NCBI RefSeq assembly: GCF_963921235.1 | Contig: NC_086097.1 | Location: 229,402,001 to 229,466,000, forward strand | DNA from: Mobula hypostoma | Lineage: Eukaryota | Length of the DNA: 64,000 nucleotides | Reading direction: 5' to 3' | The notes under the pieces: model-generated | Databases searched by the model: none | Told to the model about the DNA's origin: nothing | What the model saw: only the letters and a program-made list of their open reading frames with translations | Made by a program: the position numbers and the translations under genes | In this document: piece after piece, positions 50,481-63,832 of the stretch | How the letters are laid out: each line of letters starts with the position of its first letter | How positions within the stretch are numbered: the first letter of the stretch is position 1

Positions 50481-53369
50481 TACCCTGCTGAAAGCAGCCT
50501 GGGCCTCTTCAACAAGGGTAGGGGGCGTAAAGTAACCATTGCCGTGACTCCGTTTACTTCACACTTAAAGAGCTCGGATTACGTTAGTAGCCCCTTAGGC
50601 TACATTAGCCTTTATGGCTTTGGGGACATTTCCCCCCCCCCGTCCTATTTGGCTAAATCCCACCTCCCAGACTCCCGACTGCCTGTGCACGACAGATTGA
50701 ATTCGGTTTGGATCTATCGATCGGAACGGAATTTGATCTCGTACCCTGTTTACATGGCATCGTATCACTGGATCAGAACATAGCAGCGACGGGGAGTTTG
50801 GGGGATCACATTACTGACCGATATACGCTGTTCGAGGAGAAGGAAAAGGCAAACTGATCGCTTGAATTCTTGGGCTTTAAATTCATTAAACCATACTGTT
50901 CCACAAAGCCATAAAGAAATCTTGTTTTGAATATTTGATGCAGAGTCGCGAACTTTGAGTTGGTCCGCGTCAGTTTTTTTTAAGCTTTCAAATTCACTCA
51001 ATTGTTGAATAAGAGCGTGGTATTTTTGTGAAGCTGCGATATTAAACAAAATGGTGAAAAGTTAGAAATCTGAACTGAAAAGCTCTGAACATAATTTAAT
51101 CAGACTTTGAGTTCTTCCCTAAAAACCCTTTGGAATTTTACTAAAATGTTTTAAAAGCCGCACAATGTGGGGAATTATGGTTTGGGTTGTCACTAAGCAG
51201 ATCCATTTTAATCTTTGAAGTAAATTAGAGATTTGGTTCTGCGGGCAATCAAAATGTAATGAATTAGATGTACCTGCTTTTACCCCCAGTGGTATTTGCT
51301 TGAATTATCACTATATTTTGAAGGGAAATCAAGAATTGGAATCTGCTTTCAGTCCATTGTCAAGACAGTTATAAATTTCTGGCACACCATTTACAGACCT
51401 ATTTCAATTATTGCATTTGTTTCATTCTAGTCATGGAATTAGAATAGCTGAAAGAGATTATCTTTATACCAGTTAATAGCGGATGATTTTTTTTCAAACA
51501 AGTCTGACACAACAAATTTCTTGCTGCTTTTTGTTGTATTTTGTACATGAGAGCAGATTGAGAGCATTTTCATTAATGAGAATTTGGATGTAGATGCAAT
51601 CAACATAGGATAAGGCTGTAGGAGTAATATTTCCTTAGTAAATGACTAAGTTGTACCAATCAAGAGTATTTGTTAATTGAAGAGTATAAAAGTCAACATT
51701 AAAATGTGCTACACTCACTTGTGCTGGCAGTTATATAAACCTTCCTTTATAATGCTTCTTTGCAACTCCCCTAGACCACTTTTATAGAGAGGGTAATTTG
51801 AAAAGCCACAGCTGCCTTGTGAAAGGTATTGTACCAATCTAAAAGGACAGGCTGTTCTCAAGTTACTGTAATTGCATCTGTCCTAGATGAGTCGACTGTC
51901 ACTCACTTATGTATGCATGTTTATTTTTTTCCTTTTCAATTCTACACCTTTCTTACCTCATGCATGTCAGTTTTTGTAACAACACAGGTGAAAGATTTGT
52001 GGGAGAACTTTTCTGTTAGGTGCATTGCACACAAGCTTGAGGCTATTTCAAATTGACACTAATTGGGGAAAAATGATAGGAATATAATTTAAAAACTACA
52101 TTAGAGTCTAGGCATTTAAAATTCTGTGACTTTGAGGAAGACTAGAGTTTTCATTATGTTTTGATCCATATAGTTATGTGCTGTCACGTTAAGTTATGTT
52201 TTGAAGTCTTTGATTTATAGTATGGATAGAGAAGATTCAAAGCAATTTTTCCCCGGTTTCTTTTTAATCACTTGTTTGATTGAAGCATTCCCTGACCCAT
52301 CTGGCCAAATACAGATGATAGCATTTACAAATTTAACTTGTTCTGAGATTTGGGATATTTTAACAAGGATGTTGAATGCATCTCATGACTTTTCAACATA
52401 GAAGGGAAAATGTAGTGCCTAGATGCATTTGTAACTTCCTTTGAGCTTCAAAGCTATATGCATTGGATACTTCTAAAAGTACTCTTGATTAGACATTGAT
52501 TTGTTTTTTGGGTTGTCTGGCAGTATTTTGTTTGAGGAAAATGCATTCCCCTGAGAGACCTTTAATTGGATATTCCAAACAAAGCCCAACATTGGTTTTG
52601 GAGAAATATTTATTTCCCGGTAAATTTTGTATGACATCACAGAATAATTTAAAAATATATACATATTTCCTAAACACACATTATTCTGCACTCATTCTAA
52701 ATAAACATGGCATGGCTGGATTCTTAGATTTTTTTACTGAAATTTAACCTTTTCAAAAAGTTTCATTTTATTGTGGCAAAATATTTAATGAATGGGAACA
52801 TTGACCACATTAAATTTAGCCTCTTGAAAACATAAGTAAAGGAGCATCTTTTTCAGCTGAAATTTGGTAGTGTGTGCTTTCAGTATTGAATTAATGCTGT
52901 ACAGACTTGATCTTGGCTTAAATTTCCAATTCATAAAGCTTGCTGTTGATAGAATGATTTTACTATAAGTTTTAAGAATTAATGAATTCACCTGATATCT
53001 TGTATTCTAGTTTCAGTTTTATTTACCTCAGCATTTTTGATATTTTGACATTTTATTATGTCATTTCATTTCATATTTCTGCTTCTAGTTAATGGTCATA
53101 ATTTTACTCAGTTTGTCGTATGTAAACACCTGTGCTAGTTTTCAGTTTCTTTAGTAACACTACTTAATAGCTGAAATGATGGCCAGGAATTATTTTTATT
53201 AGCATTTGGTGTTTAGTGACAGTTGACAGAATTAACAATCTCTTAGAAAAGTGAAGATTGAGTTTAAAAAAACAAGTGTAGATTTGTTAAAGGAATTTTG
53301 GGTCTTGGGAACTGGTAGATTTTTGAGATTTTGTTGATGAGATGTATATACTCAACAGCCACTTTATAG

Positions 53370-54102
53370 AGTTATAGAAAAGTATGGTGCAGAAACAGCC
53401 CCTTCGACCCATCTAATCAGTGCCGAACCCTTTAAACTGCCTACTCCCATCAACCTGCTGTGGGACCATACCTCTACCTTCCATGTACCTATCCAAACCC
53501 CTCTTACATGTCGCAGGCAGCATTTGTGCTGGAAGCTCATTCCACACTCTCACGACCCTCTGAGTGAAGAAGTTTCCCCTCACGTTCACCTTAAACCTCT
53601 CACCTTTCACTGTTAACCCGTGGGCTCTGGTTGTAGTCCCACCCGACCTCTGGAAAAAAGCCTGCTTGTGTTTCCCACTCATAATTGTGTATACCTTTAT
53701 CAATTCTCCTTTCAATCTTCTATGTTCTAAGGAGTAAAGTCCTTGTAAATTTTCTCTGGATGCATTCAACATTGTTTACGACTTTCTTGTAGGTACTTGA
53801 CCAAAACTGCACACAATACTCCAAATTAGGCCTCACCAAAGTCTATTCCAACTTCAACATTACATTCTATCTCCTGTACTCAAAGCTTTGATTTATTAAG
53901 GCAATGTGCCAAAGCTTTCTTTACAACCCTATCAACTTATGTCACTTTCAATGAATTATGGACTTGTATTCCCAGATCCCTTTTTTCTGCCGCACCTCTG
54001 TGCCCTGTGTAAGATTTGGTTGGCCCTACCAAAGTGCAACACCTTGCTCTTGTCGGCATTAAATTCAATCTGCCATTTTTTTAGTCCATTTTTCCAGCTG
54101 GT
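53370..54102 (-). mobile_element. CR1 3' fragment
   Basis: GLYSLEHRRLKGELIKVY...FFTQRVVRVWNELP. Confidence 0.85.
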
Positions 54103-54189
54103 CATTATTAGGTACATCTGTGTATCTTGTTAATACAAATATCTAATCAGCCAATCATGTGGCTGCAATTCAATAAATAAATTTTACTT

Positions 54190-54762
54190 TGAACTACGAC
54201 CATGATTTTATAAAGTATATGTTACCACATAAAACCCGAGATTCTTTTTCCTGCAAGCATACTTAGCAAATCTACAGAACAGTAACTAAACAGGATGAAT
54301 AAACAAAATGTCTAAATACAAATGTAAATAAATAGCAATAAATAATGACAGCATGAAATAACAAGGTAGGGTTTTTAAAGTGAGACCATTGCTTATAGGA
54401 ACACCAGAAATAGAATGTGTAGTTATCCCCTTTTATTCAAGAGCCTGATAGTTGAGGGGTAATAACTGTTCTTGAACCTGGTGGTGCGAGTCCTGAGGCA
54501 CTTGTACCTTCTACCTGATGGTAGCAGCGAGAAAAGAGCACAGCCTTGGTGGTGATGGATCCTGCTTTTCTACAGCAATGTTGCATGTAGCTGTGCTCAA
54601 TGGTTGGGAAGGCTCTACCTATGAGGTACTGGGCTGAATCCACCACCTTTTTGTAGGATTTTTCCACCAGGCATTAGTGTTCCCATACCAATCAGTAATG
54701 CAGCCAGTCAGCACACTTACCACCGTGCATCTAGAGAAGTTTGCCAAGGTTTTTGATACATT
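54190..54762 (-). mobile_element. Rex1/Babar 3' end
   Basis: ataactgttcttgaacctgg...tgtaccttctacctgatggtagc. Confidence 0.75.
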
Positions 54763-55444
54763 CGAACTTGTGCAGACCAGACATCTGTGTTCGGTTGTTC
54801 AGATGAAACATCAGATGGGGAAGAAATGTGATGTTAATGACTTGTACCGCGGATTGACTATTGGTGCTAGGCAGAGTATTGTGAGTACCTCCCAACTGCT
54901 GACCTCCTGGGATATTCACACACAACAGTCTCCAGAGTTTACAGAAAACATTCAGTGAGCGGCATTCCTGTGGGTGAAAGCACCTTGTTAGCGAGAGGAG
55001 TCAGAGGAGAATGGCTGGGCTGGTTCATGCTGACATAACGGCAGTAACTGAAATAACCATGTGTTACCACAGAAGTTTGTAGAAGAGCCCCTCTGAACAC
55101 ACAACACCCTGAACCTTGAAGTAGATGGGTTACAACAGTAGAAGACTATGAGCATGCCCAATAAAGTTGCTGCTGTGTGGATTTGATATAGTAATGTCAT
55201 GAAGTTCGACCATCCTAAAATAAAAGCTCTGGAGAAAATTATACAATAGTTTCCCCTCAAGTCAAAAGTAGGGCCACTGCTATATTAATGAATTAGTGTT
55301 TTGGTGTACATGATTTATTTAATTTCCAAATTTTAAGGTGAAAGCAATGGAACAACACTGAATTGTTAGGAGTAGAATAATAGGTTTAAAGTGAAAAATA
55401 ATGGTGATGGATGAGTTTTTATTTTGGGAATATTTTGAGTTTGG

Positions 55445-55795
55445 TTCTTCATCGATGTGTCCAGATGTAGGTGATCATGGTTTAATGACCATGATTGTTC
55501 TTGGGAAATTTTCTGCAGAAGTGGTTTGCCATTGTCTTTTTCTGGGCCATGTCTTTACAAGATGGGTGACCCCAGCCATTATTAACACCCTTCAGAGTTT
55601 GTATGCCTGGCATCAGTGGTCACATAACCAGGACCTGCGATATGCCCCATCTGTTTCCGTGGCTTCATGTGACTCTGATCGGGAGGGCTAGGCAGGTGTT
55701 ACACCTTGCACAAGGGTGACTTGCAGTCTGGCAGAGAGAAGGAGTGAATTGCACTTCCTTTGGTTGAAAGTTATCTCTACCCCACCACGCAACTT
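55445..55795 (-). mobile_element. RTE-related SINE-like element
   Basis: cagaagtggtttgccattg is the reverse complement of the caatggcaaaccacttctg motif typical of RTE/Bov-B-mobilised 3' ends. Confidence 0.5.
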
Positions 55796-55796
55796 C

Positions 55797-56670
55797 AGTT
55801 GTACTGCTGCCTAAGAAGATCGTGGTAACCTGCCTCAGAGACTATCGTCCAATAGCAGTTACATCCACAGTGGTAAAATATTTTGAGAGATTGATGATGA
55901 AGCATGGCAACTAGTGCCTGAGAAATGACTTGGTTCCACTCCAATTTGCCAATCGGCGCAGCAGATCCACAGTCGCTGCCATCTCATTGGCTCTTCACTC
56001 AACCCTGGTACATCTGGACAGGAAAGATGTGTACATCAAGATGCTCTTTATTGACTGAAGCTTGGTATTCAATATTGTCATCTCCTCAAAACTAACCAAT
56101 AAGCTTCAAGCCCATGGCCCCTCTATACCTCCTTGTTCAATCGATCCTTGACTTCCTCACTTGTGGACCCCAGTCAGTTTTGATTGGCAGCAACATCTCT
56201 GCAATCTCCATCAGCACAGGTGCACAACTCCAATGTCATATTAAGTTTGCTGATGTAGGCCGAATCAAAGCAGGTGATGAATGACCTTATAGGAGGGAGA
56301 TTGAAAATCTGACTGAGAGGTGCTATAACGTCAAATTTTTACTCAATGTCAGCAAGACCAAGCAGTTGATTACTGACTTCTGGAGGAGGAAACCAGAGGC
56401 CCATGAGCCAGTCCTCATCGGAGTGGAGAGGGTCAGTAACGTTAAGTTCCATTTCAGAAGACCTGTCCTGGTACCAAACTATGGACTTGTGTTCAAGGGA
56501 TTTTCATCTCATGTTCTTCTCATATTTATCGCGTGTTTATTTATTATTATTTCCTTTTGTATTTGCACAGTTTCTCTTCAGCACACCGGTTGAATGCCGT
56601 AGTTGGTATGGTCTTTCATTGATTCTATTATGATTATTCTATTATGGATTTATTGAGTATACTGTCAAGG
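55797..56670 (+). mobile_element. Rex1/Babar RT and 3' fragment
   Basis: DYRPIAVTSTVVKYFERL; MLFID; KFAD; KTKQLITDFWRRK. Confidence 0.8.
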
Positions 56671-56724
56671 AAATTTTTTTCCCAGTTTACTTATTGTTTC
56701 ATTTTTTTATATATAAATTGCCTA

Positions 56725-59397
56725 GTTAGAGCATTAGGAATGCCATGCAGGATAGTGGAATGTGGGAAGGCAGGGAGACCTCCAGTGTTCCTGATGACTA
56801 CAACTGTGAGAAGTGCATCCAGCTGCAGCCTCTAACAATCCGCATTAAGGGTTCAGACCTGGAACTGGATGAACTTCAGATCATTTGGGGGTTGATAGAC
56901 AGAACATGTAGTTACACTCAAGGTGCTGGACAGAGGAAAATCTGTGCCAGTCAAGATGGTTAAAGGTATTAAACAGCTAGTGCAGAGTACACCTGTGGCC
57001 ATCTCCCTCAACAAGAAGTATACCACTTTGGGAATGATGTAGGAGGGGAAAGTCACAGTGTTCAGGTCTCTGGCACTGTGGCTCAGAAGCGAAGAGGTGA
57101 GCAGTGGTGATGGGGGAATTGTTAGTTGGGGGACAAGAAAGGAGTTTCTGTGAATGAGAATGAGATTCCCTGGGTGCCCTGGCCCAGGACATCCTCACAT
57201 TCTTAAGTAGGAGGTTTAGCAGACAGAGGCTGTGGTACATGTTGGTACCAATGACATGAGTAAGAAGAGGAATGAGGTCGTGCAAAACAAGTTTTGGGAG
57301 TTAGTTAAATGAAAGGACGTGACCTCCAGGTCAGATGCCACCCACCCATGTCAAATGCTATTGAAGCCAGAAATAGGAAGTTCATACAGTTTAACATATA
57401 GCTAAGGAGTTGGTGTAGGAGGGAGGTCTACAGAATTTTGGATCATTGAGCTCTTTCCAGAGAAGGTGGGATCTGCACAGAAGAGACGGTTTGCACTTAA
57501 ACTAGAGGGGCAGGGTGACTAATATCCTTGTGGGAAGGTTTGCTAGTACTGCACTGGGGGGTGGGTTTAGTGGAAAGGTCGTGGAGACAGATGTTATTAA
57601 AATCTCAAAGTCAGAAATCAAAAGCATAGTGCGACTCATGTCCTGAACTGCATATATTTCAATGTAAGAAGTGACGTATGAAAGGCAGATGAGTTCAGGG
57701 TATGATCAATATATGGAATTATGATTTGTTGCCATAAATGAGACTTGGTTGCAGGAGGGACAGGACTGGCAGCTCAGTATTCCAGTGTTCCATTGTTTTA
57801 GATGCAACAGAGCGAGAGGGATTAAAAAAAGTGTGGCATTGCTAGTCAGGGAAAATGTCACGGTGGTGCTCAGTCATGACAGACTGGAGAACTAGTCTAG
57901 AGAACTGTTATGGGTGGAACTGAGGAATAAGAAAGGTATGACCAAGTTAATGGGACCATATTACAGACCACCCAACAGTCTGCAGGATTTAGAGGAACAG
58001 ATTTGTAGATTGAGTTAGGCTGTTTTCGGCAAAGTTGTACTTAGTAGATATGAGGTATTCAGAAGTGAAATTCTGAGTACAGAGCTTGCATGGGCTTGTC
58101 AGAATACAAGGCAAGGATAACAGGTTGAGAGAACCTTGGTTTTTGAGAAATGTTGAGGCCCCAGTTAAGGAAAAAAGGTGTACAGGTAGGAACAAATGAG
58201 GTACTTGAGGGGTGGCATGGTAGCATAATGGTTAGCACAGCTCTTTACGGTACCAGCAACCTGGGTTCAATTCCTGCCACTGCCTGTACGGAGTTAATAC
58301 GTTCTTCTGTGACCACGCGAGTTTCCTCCTGGTACTTCAGTTTCTACCCACAGTCCAAACACATACCAGTTGGTAAGTTAATTGGTCATTGTAAGTTGTC
58401 CAGTGATGAGGCTTGGAATAAGTTGGAGGACTGCTGGTTGGCTTGGCTGAAAGAGCCAGAAGAGTCTACTCCATGCTGTATCTTAATAATAAATAAATCA
58501 AGGAGTATAAGAGATGCAGGAGAACACTTAGACGGATATGAGGAGGGCTAAAAGAAGGCATGAAGTTGCTCTGGCGGACAAGGTGAAGGAGAATCCCAAT
58601 GATTTCTACAGATAGGTTAAAAGCAAAAAGATTGCAAAGGACAAAATTGGTTCTGGAAGATCAGAATGGTCTATTTTTGTGGAGCCAAAAGAGAAGGGGG
58701 AGATCTTAAATGGATTTATTGCAACTATATTTACTGGTGATATAGACGGTCTATGGAAGTGAGGCAGGGCAACAGTGATGTCATGGACCCTATACAGATT
58801 ACAGAGGAGGAGCTGTTTGCTTTCTTGAGGCAAATCAGGGTGAATAAATCTCCAGGGTCTGACAAGGTGTTCCCTTGGAGACGAGTGCAGAAATTGCAGT
58901 GACAGGTGAGATATTGGTGGACAGCTAATGTTGTGCCGCTGTTTAAAATGGGCTCTCAGAATAAACTGGATTATAGGCTGGTAAGCCTGACAACATTAGT
59001 AGGAAAGTTATTGGAAGGTATTCTAAGGGACCAGATATGAGTATTTGGATAGACAGGGACTGATTAGGAACAGTCAGCATGGCTTTGTGTGTGTTAGATT
59101 GTGTTTAATCAATCATAGAGAGTTTTAATTTGAGGAAGTTACTAGGAAAGTTGATGAAGGCAAGTCAGTGGATGTTGTATAAATGAACTTTAGCAAGGCA
59201 ATTGACAATTCCCCACATGGGAGGATGATCAAGAAGGTTCAGTTGCTTGGCATTCAAGATGAGATACTAGATTTGATCAAACGTTGGCTTTGTGGGAGAA
59301 GCCAGAGAGTGTTGGTAAATGGTTGCCTCTCTGACTGGGGGTCTGCGACTAGTTCAGTGCTTGGTATATTGTTGTTTGTTATTTATATCAATGATAA
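56725..59397 (+). mobile_element. Degraded near-full-length CR1 (ORF1 zinc finger and esterase, EN, RT)
   Basis: VPDDYNCEKCIQLQ...LELDELQ; VVHVGTND; YFNVRS; YYRPP; SQHGF; NFSKA.D..PH. Confidence 0.85.
58209..58499 (+). mobile_element. V-SINE (HE1/mermaid-like) inserted in the CR1
   Basis: tggtagcataatggttagc A box, gggttcaattcc B box, gtttctacccacagtccaaa V-domain, and aataataaataaa tail. Confidence 0.8.
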
Positions 59398-59401
59398 AAT
59401 T

Positions 59402-59770
59402 TTTACAGCCCAGTTTTCCAGCTGGTCCAGATCCTGCTGGAAGCTTTGATAGTCTTGCTCACTGTCCACTGCACCCCCAATCTTGGTATCATCCACAAAA
59501 TTGCTGATCCAGTTAACCACATTATCATCCGGATTATTAATCTAAATGACAAGCAACAATTTACCAAGCACTGATTCCCACAGCACTCCTAGTCACAGGC
59601 CTCCAGTCGGAGAGGTAACCATCTACTAGCACTCTCTGGCTTCTCCCACAAAGCCAATGTCTAACCAAATTTAGTACCTCATCTTGAATGCCAAGCTACT
59701 GAACTTCCTTGACCAGCCTCACATGTGGGATGTTGTCAAATGCCATGCTAAATTCCTTGTAGACAACATG
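59402..59770 (-). mobile_element. Inverted CR1 RT fragment
   Basis: Its reverse complement aligns to 59170-59395. Confidence 0.75.
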
Positions 59771-59794
59771 CACACATGAGCCTGTGTACCAAAT

Positions 59795-60893
59795 TAAGAG
59801 CCCATGGTATTACAGGAAAGTTACTAACATGGTTAGAAAATTGGCTGATTGGTAGAAGGCAGCGAGTGGGAATAAAAAGATCCTTGTCTGGTGGCTGCCA
59901 GTGACTAGTTGTGTTCTGCAGGAGTCGGTGTTGGGACTGCTTCTTTTTATGCTGTATATCAATGATTTAGATGATGAAATAGATGGCTTTGTTGCCAAGT
60001 TTGCAGATGATACAAAGATTGGTGGAGGGCAGGTACTGTTGAGGAAATAGCTAAGCTGCGGAAGGATTTAGATAGACTTAGGAGAATGGGCAAAAAAGTG
60101 GCAAATGAAATACAATGTTGGAAAGTGCATGGTCATGCACTTTGGTAGAAGTAGTAAAGGTGCAGACTATTTTCTAAACGAGGCGAAAATCCAAAAATCT
60201 GAGATGCAGAGGGACTTGGGAGTCCTAGTGCAGAACACCCTAAAGGTTAACTTGCAGGTTGAGTTGATGGTAAGGAAGACGAATACAATGTCAGCATTCA
60301 TTTCGAGAGGTCTGCAATACAAGAGCAAGGATGTGATGCTGAGGCTTAATAAGGTGAGGCCACACCTTGAGTATCGTGAACAGTGGCTCCTCATCTAAGA
60401 AAAAGGTATGCTGGCATTGGAGGCTGTCTAGAAGCGGTTCACAATGATAATTTTAGAAATGAAAGGGTTAGCATACAAAAAACATTAGATGGCTCTGGGT
60501 CTGTATTCGCTGGAATTTAGAAGGATATTGGGAAGATCTCAATGAAACCTGTTGAAAGTCCTTGACAGAGTAGATATGGAAAGGATGTCCTAGATTCTCC
60601 CACCATGGGAAACGAGGGCACAGCCTCAGAGGGTTGTCCATTTAAAACAAAGATGTAGAGAAGTTTCTTTGGCCAGAGGGCGGTAAATTTGTTAGTATGG
60701 GCAGCTGTGGAGCCCAGGTCATTGTGTGTACTTAAGGCAAAGATTAATAGATTCTTGACTGGACACAGCATCAAAGATTATGAGAAGGCCGGGGAATGGG
60801 ATTGAGGAGGGAGGATAAAAGGATCATCCATGATTGAATGGTGGAGCAGACTTGATGGCCCAAATGGCCTGATTCTGCTCCTGTGTCTTGTGA
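59795..60893 (+). mobile_element. CR1 RT and 3' end
   Basis: AKFADDTKIG; MKYNVGKCMVMHFG; terminal aatggcctgattctgctcc. Confidence 0.85.
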
Positions 60894-60975
60894 ACTAGGC
60901 AGTGTAAATGGACTGTTTCTGGTGTAACTTTTTTTTGTGCGACTCTGAAATGAATCTCAGGATTATATACGATGA

Positions 60976-61312
60976 GCAACACACACAATGCCTCTCTCTG
61001 GTTTCCCCCCCCCCCCCCGCCTTTCTTCCATGGCCTTCTGTCTTTTTTTACTAATTTATTTCCCAGCTCTTTATTTCATCTCCTCCCCCTGTAGGTTTCA
61101 CCTATCACCTTGTTTCTCTCTCTTTCTCCTCCCCCTCCCCCCCACTTAAAATCTACTCCTCGGCTTTTTATTTCTCCAGTCCTGCTGAAGGGTTTTGGCC
61201 TGAAGTGTCGACTGCACTCTTTTTCCGAGATGCTGCCTGGCGTGCTGAATTCCTCAAGCATTTTTGTGGGTGTGTTGCTCGGATTTCCAGCACGTGCAGC
61301 TTTTCTTTTGTT
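60976..61312 (+). mobile_element. Penelope-like 3' fragment headed by a short inverted terminus
   Basis: Starts gcaacacacacaatgc (inverted end) and ends tgtgttgc...ccagcacgtgcag. Degenerate flanking duplication gattatatacgatga/gattgtatgtagtga. Confidence 0.75.
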
Positions 61313-61399
61313 TGTGATTGTATGTAGTGACATGTATGGACTTTGGTAATATACTTTGAATTTGGAAAGAAGAGGTAAAATAAGCTACACGTAATTGTA

Positions 61400-61985
61400 A
61401 AAGGTATTGGAGCAAAAAGTTTTGGAGGCACATACTTGTTTAAATTGGCAGGGAAGGTTGAAAAGCATTTGGGACACTGGCTTTATAAATGGAAGCAAAC
61501 AATATATTAGAAAGTAAGTACTTTGGGCACAACTGGATGATCGTATCCACTCCTGGATGCCACAATTTGGGAAATATGTGAAAACTTTGAAGAGGGTGCT
61601 GAAGAGACATAGTAAAATGATTCTGAAGTTGGCATGGAACAAAGGTGATTGTAAGGAGATCTGCTAAGGGTATTTAAAATCTTGAAGACAAAATTTATAG
61701 AAGCTATTCAAAATGATTAAGAAGTCAAGAAGTAGGAATCATGGAATGACACTGATTGGCTTTGAGCCAAATGTGATTTGAGAATTTTATTTTACATGGC
61801 TTAGTGATGAGTAATGCACTGCCAGATGTAGTTGTGGAGGCAGATTCAATCATGGTGATCATAAGGGAGCTCATTAGGTATGAAAAGAGTGAAATTACAG
61901 AACTCTGGGGAGAATATAAGGAAATAGTGTAACTTGAATTGCTCATGCAGGAAGCCAGTATAGACTCAATGGGCCAAATAATCGC
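61400..61985 (+). mobile_element. Highly degraded CR1 3' region
   Basis: ttgaagagggtgctgaagaga; aatgcactgcc...gtggaggcaga; aatgggccaaat. Confidence 0.55.
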
Positions 61986-63164
61986 CTTTCATTTTGAAAG
62001 TCTTAAGTGATACTAGACCAAGCTACCATTGGGGTGGCCATATTTCTCTTGACAAAATATTTTATTTAGCGGTTATAGCATGGTAACAAGCCCTTTAGAT
62101 CCAACATGCCCAGTTATATCCATGTGACCAATTAACCCACTAGCACATCTGTACATTTTTGGAATGTGGGAGAAAGCCCACGGGGTCAATACAAACTTTT
62201 TACAGACAGAGGCAAAATTGAACCTCGGTCACTAGCGCTGTAATAATGTGATAACCACCACACTTCATTATTCATTATATTGTACTATAGTCCTATTGAT
62301 GCAATTTTAGCATTACATTTGAAATGTGTTTTACTTAATTTTGCATAATTGATTTTTTTATTTTAATATATAAAAATAAACTCAACTCGTGCGATATTTG
62401 TAATATTTAACAAGTGGTCAAATAAACAGGGCTCTCAAGTTCAGTTCTATGGAATTGATATAAATTGTTAATTGTTTTAAAAACTAGCTCGTTCAGCACT
62501 TAAGCAAATCATTGACAGTGAAGAACAACATTTTTAACATTGGTTTTCTGTGTTTTGCATATTTTGTCTGAAAACAGAGCATGGTTTTTGTGGGAGAATA
62601 GATTAAATGTAATATTTGAAGATGTCTGTATTAATGGCTTTCAAGTTAAATTAGCTTTTTAAAAAACATCTGACCGTTCAATGTCATTAGTTCATAAACA
62701 CTATCTTTGAACTCTGAGTTTCTGCTTGGATGTGGCTTAAATAAATGCTCTGCTTGTTGATTTGAATTCAAATTGTTGACTGTTTTTAGTCTGTTTTAGT
62801 TTGTGCATAACTGAATATTTGCTTTGGGTTGTTTTAAAGTTGAGACTGTTAGCAGTGATCTGAGATTATCAACAAAATTTGCTTAACTTACACAAGCAGT
62901 CGGTGAATCTAGTGGTGTTTAAGTATACTTCATGGGGCATTGGGGAAGCAATTGCAAAAGCCAATGTAATTACAATTTTTTTTGCATCACTTATCAGTGA
63001 GATCTGGATTGCATCATGTATTACAGTTGCTGTCCTTCTGGTAGTGTATTGAAAGCAGGTTTTATGAACCTGTTCAATATTAAGTATGTACAAAAACATT
63101 TAATGACTTATTTGCTACGTAGTAGGTAGTTGGGTGATGAAGTAATTAAATTGGAGGATCAATA

Positions 63165-63832
63165 TAACCCTTCTATTCCATGTAGCCCTCCATTTTTCTT
63201 TCATCCATGTGTCTGTCTAGGAGTCATTTAAATGTCTCCAATGTCTCTTCCACTCCACAATCTCCTACAGGGTCATCCATGCATTTATCACTCTGGGGGA
63301 TGGGGGGGGGTTGCTTTCCTCCAATCACCTTAAAAATATGCCATCTCATATTAGCCATTGCTGCTCTGGGGGTAAAAAGGCACTAACTATCCACTCATCT
63401 GTGCCTCTTTTCATTTTACTTGCCTCTATCATGCCTCTCATCCTCTGCTCCAAATAGAAAAGCTTAACCTTTCCTTATATAAAAAAATACTTTCTTATCC
63501 TGGCAGCATCCCGTTGACTGTCCTGCACTCTCTAAAGCTTCCACGTTCTTCCTATAATGAGGTGACCAGAACTGAACTCAATATTCCAAGTGTGATCAAA
63601 CCAGAGTTTCTAGTTTGTCCTTCCAAAGTGAATCACTTCACACTAGTGGAATGAACTCCCATCTGCTACCTCTCAGCCCAGTCTGCATTCTGTCTATGTT
63701 CCTTTATAACCTGTGACAACCTTCTACACTATCCACACCACCACCAACCTTCGTATCACCTGCAAGCTTACTCACACACCCTCCCACTTCATTTGACATT
63801 TATAAATCACAAAGAGAAGGGATCCCAGTGAT
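63165..63832 (-). mobile_element. CR1 3' fragment
   Basis: Parallels 4345-5260 (taacccttc...tagccctcca; gaggtgaccagaactgaac). Confidence 0.75.

Larger units (their letters stand above)
53348..55180 (+). mobile_element. Second, degraded Tc1-like element split by CR1 and Rex1 insertions
   Basis: Left end atactcaacagccactttat and right end ataaagttgctgctgtgtg (degenerate TIRs). 5' region ctaatcagccaatcatgtggc at about 54145. Transposase N-terminus MGKKCDVNDLYRGLTIGARQ...TVSRVY at about 54815-55145. Confidence 0.65.

Noticed and set aside
51988..52019. Possible micro-exon 2 (acacag|GTGAAAGAT...TTAG|gtgcat)
   Set aside because: Weak donor and no recognisable peptide.
62900..63052. 50-codon hydrophobic open frame on the + strand as a candidate exon
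   Set aside because: No polypyrimidine tract, no homology, and length within the chance range.
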